From sequence record MN563784.1: a stretch of 64,000 nucleotides of DNA, one strand, 5' to 3'. The notes beneath the pieces are model-generated. The model saw only the letters and a program-made list of their open reading frames with translations. It had not been told where the DNA came from and made no database searches. Shown here piece by piece: positions 1 to 10,180 of this stretch. The position numbers and the translations under genes were made by a program. Positions within the stretch are counted from its first letter, which is position 1; the number at the start of each line of letters is the position of its first letter.

Positions 1-1732
1 CATGAATGTTAAGAATGGCATTATCGGCCCTTTTAGCCAGCAGATATACATCCTCAAGAGCATCTTTATCTTTAATAGTGGATAGCTTATGTTTGTAGAT
101 ATCCCCATTGACAGATAGGTCAGGATACTGGGCTACCCAAGTGTCCGCAATAGTCTTAGTGTTGTTAGACAGAACGTCAATGATAACGTTAGCTGCTTCC
201 ACAATACCGGTAGCATCAAGCAACTTAATCTTAGCACCAGCATTATCTGGCCATTTGGGTTCTTGGAAGTTTGTCTTTACATTGGGTTTCCATTCAGCCA
301 GAAGAGTAGCGACTTTCTTAGGGTCTTGCCAATCATTCCCTTTGAACAGATTAACCACGGGGGCTAGTATCTTACTGTTCTCATCCAGAACTTTCTGGTT
401 GTGACGATCAGCTTTAGCTACAGCATTAGTGATATTGGCTTTTGCGGTCTTAGGATCATTAGACGCGAACGTCTCGTAACTCGATACTTTTACTTCGCCG
501 GTTTTAAGCTTTGCTTCTGCCACCCATTTGGCATCACCATAGGTACTTTTCAGTGTAGCAATAGCTTTCTTCTTTTTATCAAGATTGATCTCAGGGCCAG
601 AGTCGAAGATACTCTTAATGGTGTCGATAAGACCTTCATTTGAGACTTGTATAAAACCGGGAGTATTAATGATGGACTTCTCTACATACCCGCCACGAAT
701 AACTCGATTTATAAAACCATTAAGACCACTACCAGTTTCGGCCATATCTTTCATGATTTCTATATTTGTTTCACCAGCACTCTGGGCATTGTATAAATAA
801 TAAGAACCATCTTTAAATTTTAGTATAATCCAGTCATCTCCAGTTAGATATGAATCAATATTACTATCATTCATACTTTGGTATTTAATGAATTCTGGAT
901 TAGTACTTAGTACTTCTTCAATAAACTCTTCTAATGCCGCAGAATTATTAATAGCATCAACAGGTGGAATTTCACCATCAATGGGTTCAGTAGTTGGACC
1001 AGTAACAATGGCAGGTAACGGATCCTCCTCTACAATAACAGTTTCTTCCACTGGTAGAGCACCACATGAAGCATCAATTAGTTTATTAAAACTACTAATG
1101 ATCTCACCAAGTGCTACAAGAACTGCTGGCTGTTCAACTTGTTCAACTTTAGCAATACCAGTTTCTGTAAATTCTTCAGTGATTCGGTTATAAACTTCTA
1201 CTAGTTGGTTAGTAAGTTCTGCTACTTTTGGCAGAGTCTGCTTAGACAGAGGTTCAACTACAGTTGTATCTGCTTCAACAAAAATAGAATCATCTTCTTC
1301 TAAACGGCTAGTATTAGCTGAGCCAGCTGTGAAGTTATAAGGCATATCTTGAATTACTTCATTAATTTCAGATGCCTCCATATCTTCATTTAGACGACCA
1401 CTATAAGTACGCATCATACCTTCTGCTTCTTTAATAGTGGAATGCGCTAAGCGTCCCCAATCACCACGCATAATACCGCGCTCGGTAAGACCGCGTGCAG
1501 CTGAACCAAGATCAATAGGTTCTTCAATAAATGATTGTTCTTCAACCCACTCTTCATTACTGTAACATTCTTTTAGAATGGTTTTAAATTTAGTACTAAA
1601 GGGTTGTAGAATCTTTTTATCTACTTGTTCAACATTTGTTTTAAAGTGTTCTAGACTTGGTGTAGCTTTTGAAGATACTTTTTCAGTACCGCTATATAGC
1701 GTACGGTTTAGGAAGTTTAGCATTTTATTCAT
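1..1732 (-). CDS. Virion head protein (phiKZ gp303-like), runs off the window edge
   Basis: Hand translation from ATG at 1732 (MNKMLNFLNRTLYSG...) is open to base 1. Absent from the ORF track because it is truncated. Has S/A-x-E sites (SLE, ALE, SNE) of the kind cut by phiKZ head protease. Confidence 0.7.
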   Translation of the reverse strand, partial: MNKMLNFLNRTLYSGTEKVSSKATPSLEHFKTNVEQVDKKILQPFSTKFKTILKECYSNEEWVEEQSFIEEPIDLGSAARGLTERGIMRGDWGRLAHSTIKEAEGMMRTYSGRLNEDMEASEINEVIQDMPYNFTAGSANTSRLEEDDSIFVEADTTVVEPLSKQTLPKVAELTNQLVEVYNRITEEFTETGIAKVEQVEQPAVLVALGEIISSFNKLIDASCGALPVEETVIVEEDPLPAIVTGPTTEPIDGEIPPVDAINNSAALEEFIEEVLSTNPEFIKYQSMNDSNIDSYLTGDDWIILKFKDGSYYLYNAQSAGETNIEIMKDMAETGSGLNGFINRVIRGGYVEKSIINTPGFIQVSNEGLIDTIKSIFDSGPEINLDKKKKAIATLKSTYGDAKWVAEAKLKTGEVKVSSYETFASNDPKTAKANITNAVAKADRHNQKVLDENSKILAPVVNLFKGNDWQDPKKVATLLAEWKPNVKTNFQEPKWPDNAGAKIKLLDATGIVEAANVIIDVLSNNTKTIADTWVAQYPDLSVNGDIYKHKLSTIKDKDALEDVYLLAKRADNAILNIH

Positions 1733-1787
1733 GTCTACTCTCTCGTTGATGACTGTTAATAAGAGTGCTATAGAATTGTTAGCATAA

Positions 1788-1809
1788 ACCCTCCCAATTA
1801 AGGGAGGGT
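1788..1809 (-). terminator. Hairpin downstream of the nrdB operon, likely terminator
   Basis: accctccc-aattaa-gggagggt stem-loop; short U-run on the minus strand. Confidence 0.55.
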
Positions 1810-1817
1810 CATTATGT

Positions 1818-2231
1818 CTACATTATATCTCGTGTACCATCATTCATTTCAACAACAGTGACTTTATCACCAACCTTTGGTTTTTCATTGGTAACTGTTT
1901 GAACCATGTACTGCTTGCCATCTGTATTAACAATCAGTTTACATTGAAATGTTTCAGTAGCACTAACATTATTACCGACTGCGCCGCCTGCGGCACCACC
2001 GATTAAACCACCTACCCAACCTCCAGATTTACCAAAGATTGCTCGACCTAATACAGCGCCTGCGGTGGCTCCAACCGCACCTCCAACAGTAGTGCCGACA
2101 ACACTACTATCTTTAGCAACTAGCTGACATTCTGAATGTGCAATAATACCATCTGTAGTTGATTTTACTTCAGTTGCTGCAAATAGGACAGTGGACCACA
2201 TTAAAACTACGAATGCGATAATCTTAATCAT
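1818..2231 (-). CDS. Glycine-zipper envelope protein with signal peptide
   Basis: Hydrophobic N-terminus, then repeated GxxxG (VGGAVGATAGAVLG...GGLIGGAAGGAVG); overlaps nrdB stop. Confidence 0.7.
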   Translation of the reverse strand: MIKIIAFVVLMWSTVLFAATEVKSTTDGIIAHSECQLVAKDSSVVGTTVGGAVGATAGAVLGRAIFGKSGGWVGGLIGGAAGGAVGNNVSATETFQCKLIVNTDGKQYMVQTVTNEKPKVGDKVTVVEMNDGTRDIM

Positions 2232-3391
2232 AAGAAGTCAACCTCAAATTCTTCTTCTTCACCAACATCATTTACAACGTTGACCATGTAATCAGGCTTC
2301 TCTTCTTCCTGAGGAGATGCTTGGGTTGATGAAATATCTAGGTAGTCTTCCATATAAAGAAGTGGGTTCTTCTCTGGCCAAACAAAATCAAATCCAGCTG
2401 ATTCTTTAAACTCCACTTGATACTGTTCTACAACATCATTTTCAATACTTAGGAATGTTGCTGCGGCATTAGCATTGAAAAGTACCCAGTTAATAAGTTT
2501 AGTCGCATTAACACCAGTTAGTTCACGACCTTCAGAGAATAGATAATTAATCCAGGTAACTTCAGTCTTTACAATTTCCCATAGTAGTTCAATGATTTTA
2601 TCTTTACATTGACTGTAAGCGAGTTTACCGCGTTCAGTTGCCAGTAGTGCACGAATAACTTCTTGTCCATATTGTGCATGGATTTCGAATTCGTCTTGGG
2701 CAATTTTCTTAACAGCGGCTGCAATTTGCTGGAATGCACCAGTACGACCAATAGCAAAGGTTACTGCAAAGGATGCCATGAACTGGATACGTTCTAGGAA
2801 ATATAGAGCGATGAAGAACATGAATACTTTATTGTAAAGTTCTTGATCATTGGGTACCTGATTAAGAGCATACGCATGAACTGCGTCATGTGCTTCACCC
2901 ATAGTGCGGGCTACTGCAACCATTCGTTCTTGTGCTTCTTCTACCCTAAGAATTTCATCTAGAATAACTTTAGGATCTTTAAAGCTATTACGTACAATTT
3001 CAGAATAAGTTAAAGCATGTACGTCTTCATTATCATTAATACGTACATATCCCGCCCATACTCGTGAATCTGTCATGACAGGTGATAGAATATTAACAAT
3101 GGAACGACTGGCTACAGAGTCAGCTTCCCATTGCCAGGCCAGTGTCTTAATCATCATGTCATAAGTTGATTTATCACACGTTTCAAATTCTACTAGACAA
3201 GTGGAAAAGTCAAATTCTAGCTCATCCCAATCAAGCATCTTTAGACGCTTATATAGCTCCCACATTTTAGGATAATGAGTGTGGATTGAATCTAGTAGAC
3301 CTGGATCATCTCCAAGAATAATTTCCGGTAGATGATAATCACTCTTAGCAACATTGAAGATTTTCTTTGGTAGTTGAGATTTAGTAGACAT
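2228..3391 (-). CDS. nrdB: Ribonucleotide reductase class I beta subunit
   Basis: Di-metal ligand motifs EDVH-ALTY (radical Tyr), YFLERIQFMASF, DEFEIH; next to nrdA. Confidence 0.93.
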   Translation of the reverse strand: MSTKSQLPKKIFNVAKSDYHLPEIILGDDPGLLDSIHTHYPKMWELYKRLKMLDWDELEFDFSTCLVEFETCDKSTYDMMIKTLAWQWEADSVASRSIVNILSPVMTDSRVWAGYVRINDNEDVHALTYSEIVRNSFKDPKVILDEILRVEEAQERMVAVARTMGEAHDAVHAYALNQVPNDQELYNKVFMFFIALYFLERIQFMASFAVTFAIGRTGAFQQIAAAVKKIAQDEFEIHAQYGQEVIRALLATERGKLAYSQCKDKIIELLWEIVKTEVTWINYLFSEGRELTGVNATKLINWVLFNANAAATFLSIENDVVEQYQVEFKESAGFDFVWPEKNPLLYMEDYLDISSTQASPQEEEKPDYMVNVVNDVGEEEEFEVDFL

Positions 3392-3491
3392 ATCAGTTCC
3401 TTTACAATTTAAAAATATTTCTTACAATAAATAATAGAGGTTAGTATAAATTGGGAATAACACCCTCCCAATTAAGGGAGGGTGTATACAC

Positions 3492-5780
3492 TTAAAGAGT
3501 GCACGAACCGCCTGCACACCCAACTTCAGTATTAGTTACCTCAACAGCACGTTCAAGTGATTTAATATCAAGTCCTGCTGCTGTTTCTAGATTTACATAA
3601 TACCGGGTTTTCATTCCACGTTTCACCATGTAGAAGTGATTACCTAGCATTTCATTAGAAGAGATCTTTTCAGAACCTACAATGCGTCGGTAGAGGTCCG
3701 CACTGATTGTTTGATCAGTCCACTTTTGAATAATGGCATAGCAATCAATAAGATCTTTAGTGGGGATATCATAAGCTGATTCATACACATAGGAGTCATC
3801 ATCTCCATATGGAGCAGCCCATAGCACACGTGCACCATTATCAGTCTTATTAAGAATTAGGCGACGTACCGGGTATGGACCATTAGTTGACCCTAGTGCC
3901 TTAGATGATGCTTCACCAGGCATGTATGCAGCTAGTACGGAGTGTGCAATACCACCATTCTCCTTAATTTCTTTCTCTAGCTCATCCCATGGATAAAGTT
4001 CTTCAAAGCCACCTTCAATGATAGTATCCACTGACTTATTATAAGTCTTACGTGGAGTCCATCCCTCTGGCCATTTAGTCTTATGAATCCAAGGCGCATT
4101 CCCGCGTTCTTTAGAAATCTTAAGTGACGCCTTGATAAGGAAGTACATATGCCGTTCAGCAATGAAGTGGATTTCAGCTTTACCAGCATCGCTGCTATAT
4201 TTAAGGCCAGCACGTGCCATATGTGTGGCTAGACCCATGATACCAACACCAGCACTCATTCGATTCTTAGCGGTTAGTGCAAGGTGTGGGAAAGCATACT
4301 CTGCATTAAGGATACAATAGTCAATCATCTTAAGTGCGTAGTAAGCCGCCATTTCATAAGTTTGCTTATCAGGAACGTTATCCACTGCAATAGCAGCCAG
4401 TGAACAAGTAGCAATCTCACCGCGCCCGTGATCCTCACTAGAATAAAGATCTTCCATTCGATAGTAAGGCTTAGTGGGTTCTGCGATTTCAAGGCATAGG
4501 TTAGAACTGTAAATAGGTTCTTTAAATGGTGTATGATGATTGAGTTCATCAATTTGAGCTGAATAGATGGTTCCAGTCTCATATGCTTCAACTAGCATTG
4601 ATTTGAGAAGATCCCGAGCATTTACATAAGTTTTCTCAAATTTAGGATCCGCTTCATATTTTTCATAAAGCTTAATAAACTTATCAATATCACCACTATA
4701 GAAAGCATCATGTAGATCTGGAGCAGTAAATGGATTGAATACAAAGATCATGCCATCTTTCTGAGCCGCTTTCTTAGCAAAGAACTTATTACTTAGGAAT
4801 GCATAGTGAAGATCACGGTTCTTCCTATCCTCAGTAGAACGTGGATTACGTAGCTGAGTAATCATATCTGCTTCAGGATCGAAAGCACTGTAGTAACACG
4901 TAACAGCACCACCTCGACCATTTTGTAGGTTAGCCCTTACTGCTTTACCAATTACATCGATGTATGGTTTCTTACCTTGGTGAATGATTAGGCCATTACG
5001 GATAGGATCACCAATTGACCTAGTCATTAAGTTAACACCAATGCCTGCTGATGATTGGGTCATGATGTTAGCAATATAATCGCCCATTGCCAGTGATACA
5101 CCATTATCACCAGAAGCAAATAGGCAACATGATGCAAAACCACGAAGCTTAGTACCTAGGTTAACGTAGTTAGGTGTTGGCGCACTAAGAATTTTATTAG
5201 AAAGTAGTTTATAGTAATTCTCCACATGAGTCATGCGAGTTTCAGCTGGCTCTTTTTCAGCTAGAGCCATTGCCATTCGCATATATACAAACTGGGCAGT
5301 CTCATATTCTTGACCAGTTTTACGATTACGTAGAGCATACTTTCCACGAATGTGATGAAGTGAAAAATGCGGACAAAGTAGGTCAAGATCGTGATCAATG
5401 ATCTTTTCAATCTGAGTGTATTCTTTACTACTATAATCTAATTTAACAATGATACCATCTTTACGCATCCTGGTTTGAAGCGCTTTAACAGTTGGGATGC
5501 CATTTAGACCATAGAACTTCTTACGAAGATAAATCGCATATAGTCTACCAGCCATTAGATAATAAGACCATGTCTTACGATTTAAACATTCTTCAATAAG
5601 TTGTAATTGTAGTTCTTGTGATGAAGTTTTATCACCAAGAGCTTGAACAGCATCCATCACAACACTACTCCAATCCACCTTATCGCCAAGATGTTGGGCT
5701 GCCCATTCACCCCAACCATTAATCTTAGCAGGTGAGTATGCTTCTTCAGTACCGTCTAGTTTAATGATAGTTTTTAACAT
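3492..5780 (-). CDS. nrdA: Ribonucleotide reductase class I alpha subunit
   Basis: N-terminal ATP-cone-like (IIKLDGTEE), TPNYVNLG, ASCCL, SSNLCLEI, C-terminal CxxxxC. Start placed at ATG 5780 instead of track start 5831. Confidence 0.95.
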   Translation of the reverse strand: MLKTIIKLDGTEEAYSPAKINGWGEWAAQHLGDKVDWSSVVMDAVQALGDKTSSQELQLQLIEECLNRKTWSYYLMAGRLYAIYLRKKFYGLNGIPTVKALQTRMRKDGIIVKLDYSSKEYTQIEKIIDHDLDLLCPHFSLHHIRGKYALRNRKTGQEYETAQFVYMRMAMALAEKEPAETRMTHVENYYKLLSNKILSAPTPNYVNLGTKLRGFASCCLFASGDNGVSLAMGDYIANIMTQSSAGIGVNLMTRSIGDPIRNGLIIHQGKKPYIDVIGKAVRANLQNGRGGAVTCYYSAFDPEADMITQLRNPRSTEDRKNRDLHYAFLSNKFFAKKAAQKDGMIFVFNPFTAPDLHDAFYSGDIDKFIKLYEKYEADPKFEKTYVNARDLLKSMLVEAYETGTIYSAQIDELNHHTPFKEPIYSSNLCLEIAEPTKPYYRMEDLYSSEDHGRGEIATCSLAAIAVDNVPDKQTYEMAAYYALKMIDYCILNAEYAFPHLALTAKNRMSAGVGIMGLATHMARAGLKYSSDAGKAEIHFIAERHMYFLIKASLKISKERGNAPWIHKTKWPEGWTPRKTYNKSVDTIIEGGFEELYPWDELEKEIKENGGIAHSVLAAYMPGEASSKALGSTNGPYPVRRLILNKTDNGARVLWAAPYGDDDSYVYESAYDIPTKDLIDCYAIIQKWTDQTISADLYRRIVGSEKISSNEMLGNHFYMVKRGMKTRYYVNLETAAGLDIKSLERAVEVTNTEVGCAGGSCTL

Positions 5781-6124
5781 TGTTAATTTCCAATTGTGAG
5801 TCGTAAGTTCATGTGAAAAAGTATTCAACATATCTTTAGATCAACTAAGTATTTTTACGACCCATTTTAAATGAATTTAGTTGATCTATTGTAAAAGCAT
5901 ATTATGGTACATTGGATATCTTTATCTTAAAAACCTCTGTAGCCTTAGTGCCTTAAGGGTTACAGCTATATAGTCCAATATCGTTCTACCATGCTATTTA
6001 AGAGCTTTAAATAATAACCCACTATGTACCCTTAGGTTTTATTTTATCAACAATATAGCTTAAAATAGAAATATACCTAAGTGCTTTTTACTATACTACT
6101 ATTATTTATCGGAGTTAATTAAGA

Positions 6125-6514
6125 ATGTCTTTTTATCTACCGAAATACACCGATCCAATTGAAGCAATCGAATGGAAAAAGAACGGTGATATACCTGGTG
6201 ATGGCGTTATCAATAATATCAACCAAGGTGCTATTGTTGGTTATGCTATACCTACTAAAGAGTCTACTCTTAGTAATGCGATTTGCCCATTATGTAATCT
6301 AACTGAATCTAGTCATGGTATTTTACGTGTAGGCCCAGATAAAGATAAAATTGTCTGTCCGGGTGATTTTATTATTTTAATTCGTAAAAATAATGGGCGT
6401 ATACTAGATTACAAATTAATGCGTCAACGTGAATTTAATAAACTTTATCAACTGGTAACAAAAGAGGAAGCTAAACAATGGGTAATGATGTTGGATCCAG
6501 AAAAGAAGGACTAA
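6125..6514 (+). CDS. Hypothetical phage protein with putative Zn ligands (CPLC...HG...VCPGDFII)
   Basis: SD ggag upstream; motif pattern. Confidence 0.7.
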   Translation: MSFYLPKYTDPIEAIEWKKNGDIPGDGVINNINQGAIVGYAIPTKESTLSNAICPLCNLTESSHGILRVGPDKDKIVCPGDFIILIRKNNGRILDYKLMRQREFNKLYQLVTKEEAKQWVMMLDPEKKD

Positions 6515-7062
6515 AGTTATATGAAGCTTTAGTTGAGGATATAATCATCACCAATGATCTTGGTACTGGTCTTCGACCATCTCTTAATATAACCACTAAT
6601 GATGGTGTAACTAGGAATGTTACATTTGATCAACTTGAGAATTTTATTAAAGTTATAAAAGCCACGCATGATACGCAAACTGTTGGCACTCCATTACAAT
6701 GGTGTATTTACAGGTATGCTCCTAATTTAGTTAAAGCTCGGTATATTGCAACTAGTTGGAAAATAACTGTAGACCATGTTAAAAAGACTTTGAATTTTCA
6801 AGGTACTTTAAATCACGAAGGTACTGTAATTGATCATCCTAACTATGATCCAGATATTACCGCAAGAGAACTAATGTTCGATGAAACTATTACTGATTTT
6901 AGTCGATTTGAACAAATTGCTCTGTCTGGAAATATCGCTAACTTTAAAGAAGAATTCAAAATGATGAAATATAGTTTTGACTTTAGTTACATTATTGAAG
7001 TTAGTAATGGCATGACTAGACTCAAGGAGTTAGCTAATGATCAAACTGGATTATCAGATTAA
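6478..7062 (+). CDS. Probable nuclear-shell-associated protein ChmB (phiKZ gp2-like); start uncertain
   Basis: Position equals phiKZ gp2 (two genes before DHFR), size about 190 aa, LQWC motif; assignment from memory. Confidence 0.5.
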   Translation: MGNDVGSRKEGLKLYEALVEDIIITNDLGTGLRPSLNITTNDGVTRNVTFDQLENFIKVIKATHDTQTVGTPLQWCIYRYAPNLVKARYIATSWKITVDHVKKTLNFQGTLNHEGTVIDHPNYDPDITARELMFDETITDFSRFEQIALSGNIANFKEEFKMMKYSFDFSYIIEVSNGMTRLKELANDQTGLSD

Positions 7063-7543
7063 ATCAGAAGTCAATCATCTATTAAATAGATTATTAGTTA
7101 AAAACTTAGATGGCACTGTTTATTTTAGAACAACTATTAAAGAAGACGATTTAAAAGACTTACCTGTTAATCTGATTAGCCTACAAGTACTTATAAATCT
7201 ATTGATAGGTTATGAAGGACTAGATATTACAACTAATATTGAGGAATTCACACAGCAGATTAGTCTGATTCTTTGGGACATGCCCATACTAGAAAAAGGC
7301 GAAGTGGAATACCTCTATATTGAACAAGATATTAAGTTGAATGAATTAGTTATTAAACATAAAAGACCTGGTGTATTAATTGATGAGAAAGTATATGGTG
7401 AATTAACGCTATTACAAATGGCTCAAATTAATTACCTATTAGCGTCTACATTTAAGTTTAAAACTAATTTCACTTGCTGTAGTTGGGCTATTGAATTTAA
7501 AGATAATGAAGTATCTTGTAAATTCTGGCCTAAGGAAAATTGA
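7037..7543 (+). CDS. Hypothetical protein
   Basis: 168 aa ORF coupled to neighbours. Confidence 0.7.
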   Translation: MIKLDYQIKSEVNHLLNRLLVKNLDGTVYFRTTIKEDDLKDLPVNLISLQVLINLLIGYEGLDITTNIEEFTQQISLILWDMPILEKGEVEYLYIEQDIKLNELVIKHKRPGVLIDEKVYGELTLLQMAQINYLLASTFKFKTNFTCCSWAIEFKDNEVSCKFWPKEN

Positions 7544-8064
7544 TGGCTATTAAATTAATCGTTGCCCATGACCTAAATGGTGTCATTGGATATAATAATC
7601 TATTACCTTGGCATATACCTGAGGATTTAGCTTTCTTTAAAGAAATGACAACTGGTTGCTGTGTTATCATGGGTAAAAATACTTTCTTATCCTTAGGTAG
7701 TAAACCGTTACCTAATCGTAATAACATTGTTGTATCATCAAGTTTATATCGTAACGGTAATTACCCAGTATCCTGTGATAATAAATTAGGTGTACTCCCT
7801 AATCTAGATGCGGCTCTTGTATATGCTGATCATTTTAGTAAAGAAACTAAAAAGGATGTATGGGCCATTGGTGGTTCTCAACTTTATAAAGAAGCCATTA
7901 AAAAGGATATTTTAGACGAAATGTACATTACTACTGTCAAGATGGAAATCGATAATAGTAGTTGTGTTTATTTCCCTAAAGAAATCATTAAATGGGATAA
8001 ATGGAAATCAACCATTATTAAAGAAACAGATTTGTGTAAATATACACGTTGGATTAAAACATAA
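7540..8064 (+). CDS. folA: Dihydrofolate reductase
   Basis: IGYNNLLPWHIPEDLAFFKEMT, VIMGKNTF, PLPNRNNIVVS, IGGSQLY. Confidence 0.95.
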   Translation: MMAIKLIVAHDLNGVIGYNNLLPWHIPEDLAFFKEMTTGCCVIMGKNTFLSLGSKPLPNRNNIVVSSSLYRNGNYPVSCDNKLGVLPNLDAALVYADHFSKETKKDVWAIGGSQLYKEAIKKDILDEMYITTVKMEIDNSSCVYFPKEIIKWDKWKSTIIKETDLCKYTRWIKT

Positions 8065-8068
8065 TAAT

Positions 8069-8094
8069 AGCCTTCCCTAATGGGAAGGCTTTAT
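8069..8094 (+). terminator. Intrinsic terminator
   Basis: agccttccc-taat-gggaaggct-ttat right after DHFR stop. Confidence 0.7.
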
Positions 8095-8101
8095 GTCATG
8101 T

Positions 8102-8136
8102 ATTCAAACCTATTTAAAGGGTATATTACAAAAGTG
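8102..8136 (+). promoter_or_regulatory. phiKZ-type early promoter
   Basis: TATATTAC at 8122-8129 with upstream attcaaac..tttaaa; matches the published phiKZ early motif. Confidence 0.8.
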
Positions 8137-8181
8137 TAATTAAATATAGATTATTCTATTTATTATTGGAGAGTACAGTCC

Positions 8182-8586
8182 ATGAAGAAACCTAAGAAAA
8201 CAACTTATAATGCTATCGATCTAAGTAAATTAAATAAAGATATGTTCAGTGGTAGTAGGACCTGGGCAGCGGTTGAGTTTGCAATAAGTTGTGCAAATGA
8301 GTTAATGGAATTAAATAGTAAAGGAAATATTATTTTATTTGATAACGATATTGTCGACAAAGTTGAATTTGAACTTAAGATCTATGATTGGTATGATGCA
8401 CCACACGGATGTTATCTTTATAGATCTTTATGGAAAAATACTCAGGAAATTGTCTTTGGTGATAATGTAAATAAAGATGGAAGACTTGTATTGACTAAAG
8501 AAGAAGTACGTGAATACTTTTCAAGATTCAAAATTTTCCGTAGTGTCATGTACTTATCCAACAGTATTAAAAAGTTAAAAGGGTAA
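8182..8586 (+). CDS. Hypothetical early protein
   Basis: SD ggag; follows early promoter. Confidence 0.75.
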   Translation: MKKPKKTTYNAIDLSKLNKDMFSGSRTWAAVEFAISCANELMELNSKGNIILFDNDIVDKVEFELKIYDWYDAPHGCYLYRSLWKNTQEIVFGDNVNKDGRLVLTKEEVREYFSRFKIFRSVMYLSNSIKKLKG

Positions 8587-8606
8587 CCCTCCCCTACCGA
8601 TAATAC

Positions 8607-8670
8607 ATTCAAACCATTTTAAACAGTATATTACTAACTTGATATTTAACCTTCAATTAATGTAAAAAGG
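8607..8670 (+). promoter_or_regulatory. Early promoter plus RBS cassette, copy 1
   Basis: TATATTAC at 8627-8634; 8618-8670 identical to 10469-10521. Confidence 0.85.
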
Positions 8671-8680
8671 AATCTATACC

Positions 8681-9196
8681 ATGTTCGAAATTAAATTTTC
8701 TAAAAAAGAACAATTCCCTGGCCGTGGTCACTGCATCGAACTTTATGGTGATTATGTCACCGAGCGTGTATGGCATGCAGTGAAACAAATGGTTGAATGT
8801 AACATTACCAATCACGAGTTTTATAAGGCAAAAGAAGGTTTCTGTGTATTCTTCCAAGGTGGGCATGATAACCCTCATGGGAAATGGATCCTTCTGGAAT
8901 TCTGGGTAGACGACATCGAGAAGACTCGTGAGTTCGTTCGTCTCTTGACCATCACTATTAATCGAGTATTGACGGAGCGTTTTACTCAAATCTGCGTTAA
9001 CCCTAATCAAATGGGTTATGCAGATGGGGCAGGTGCATATACTGTACTTGGCGAAATCCATAAAGAAACTGGATGTCGTGTTAATTGGGGTAGTCCGACT
9101 ACACCCATTACCTTCTATCCAGAAAATAACTTGGAACATCGTAAAGTACTCGACTTGTGTGAAACCTTCGAACTCCCAGTAACTAAATGGGTATAA
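8681..9196 (+). CDS. Hypothetical early protein
   Basis: SD aagga; 171 aa. Confidence 0.8.
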   Translation: MFEIKFSKKEQFPGRGHCIELYGDYVTERVWHAVKQMVECNITNHEFYKAKEGFCVFFQGGHDNPHGKWILLEFWVDDIEKTREFVRLLTITINRVLTERFTQICVNPNQMGYADGAGAYTVLGEIHKETGCRVNWGSPTTPITFYPENNLEHRKVLDLCETFELPVTKWV

Positions 9197-9213
9197 TTAG
9201 AGGATAAAGTACC

Positions 9214-9450
9214 ATGTACATCGTTATCCACAGAGACGAGTCTGAAAGACATGAATTGACTGTAGGTGATCCTAAAGATCTTATCGCGATCTTAGTCATT
9301 CTGGAGAATAGTGATAAAGTCATTGAATATAAGGTTATCGATTCGGATGTTGGTGTAATCAAGGACTTTAGATACTCATTTGGTTGGGGTAACGGGTTCT
9401 TCACTAAAAATGCAAAAGATAATTTTAACTGGAATCAATCGAGGAAATAA
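9214..9450 (+). CDS. Hypothetical early protein
   Basis: SD gagga; 78 aa. Confidence 0.75.
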   Translation: MYIVIHRDESERHELTVGDPKDLIAILVILENSDKVIEYKVIDSDVGVIKDFRYSFGWGNGFFTKNAKDNFNWNQSRK

Positions 9451-9452
9451 TA

Positions 9453-9665
9453 ATGGCTAACAGTAAAATCAGTGGCGAAGCTGTAATGAAATATCTACGT
9501 TCTCGAAATGACCACGTGGATTTTATGCGAGATAAACTGTCGGTTTACATTGAAAATGATGAAGTGGTAGTTAAGATTATAGATACTACTTCAGGTGGTT
9601 CTGCAACACACCACTCAGGTTATGATGTAAACAACTTTGAAAGAACGTATGGTCAAACTAACTAA
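9453..9665 (+). CDS. Hypothetical early protein
   Basis: SD gagga; 70 aa. Confidence 0.7.
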   Translation: MANSKISGEAVMKYLRSRNDHVDFMRDKLSVYIENDEVVVKIIDTTSGGSATHHSGYDVNNFERTYGQTN

Positions 9666-9766
9666 ATAAATTAGTAACACTTATTGGCGACATACACCCT
9701 CCCTTCGGGGAGGGCTTTATTTTCAATATAGACATATTTTTTTAATACATTAGTTGGAGTTTAAAA

Positions 9767-10099
9767 ATGTTTAATAAAAATTTTATCAATGGTATTCAAA
9801 TTTTTGTTGCCGCAACTACTGTTGCTACAACTATTGTTAAGTTAGTCGAATCATACAACAAATTAAATGAAGAAAAATCGGCTAACGATGTATGTAAGAA
9901 AATCCATATGGAAATCCATAAATTAACTAGCCTGTTTATCGAACAAGATATACCTAATGAAGAACGCTGTGTTAGGTTACGTAAAACTGTTGATACATTA
10001 GTTAATAAACACTGCTCTAAATTAACTGGCCGGCGGCGACTCAGGGCTGTTGCAGAAATCACTCGACATGTAGATGACTATTGTCGTCTGTGGAAATGA
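9767..10099 (+). CDS. Hypothetical protein with hydrophobic N-terminus
   Basis: SD ggag; 110 aa. Confidence 0.7.
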   Translation: MFNKNFINGIQIFVAATTVATTIVKLVESYNKLNEEKSANDVCKKIHMEIHKLTSLFIEQDIPNEERCVRLRKTVDTLVNKHCSKLTGRRRLRAVAEITRHVDDYCRLWK

Positions 10100-10107
10100 A
10101 ATAATAC

Positions 10108-10142
10108 ATTCAAACCATTTTAACCAGTATATCACAACAGTG
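10108..10142 (+). promoter_or_regulatory. Early promoter (TATATCAC variant)
   Basis: attcaaaccattttaaccagTATATCAC, same spacing as the copies at 8607 and 10458. Confidence 0.75.
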
Positions 10143-10180
10143 TAATTAAACCTATTAAATCAGTAAAAAGGAATCAAACT

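Noticed and set aside
108-1787. Plus-strand track ORFs (108-404, 401-643, 585-800, 888-1193, 1578-1787)
   Set aside because: They are shadows of one long minus-strand ORF (1732 to the window edge) that the track omitted because it is truncated
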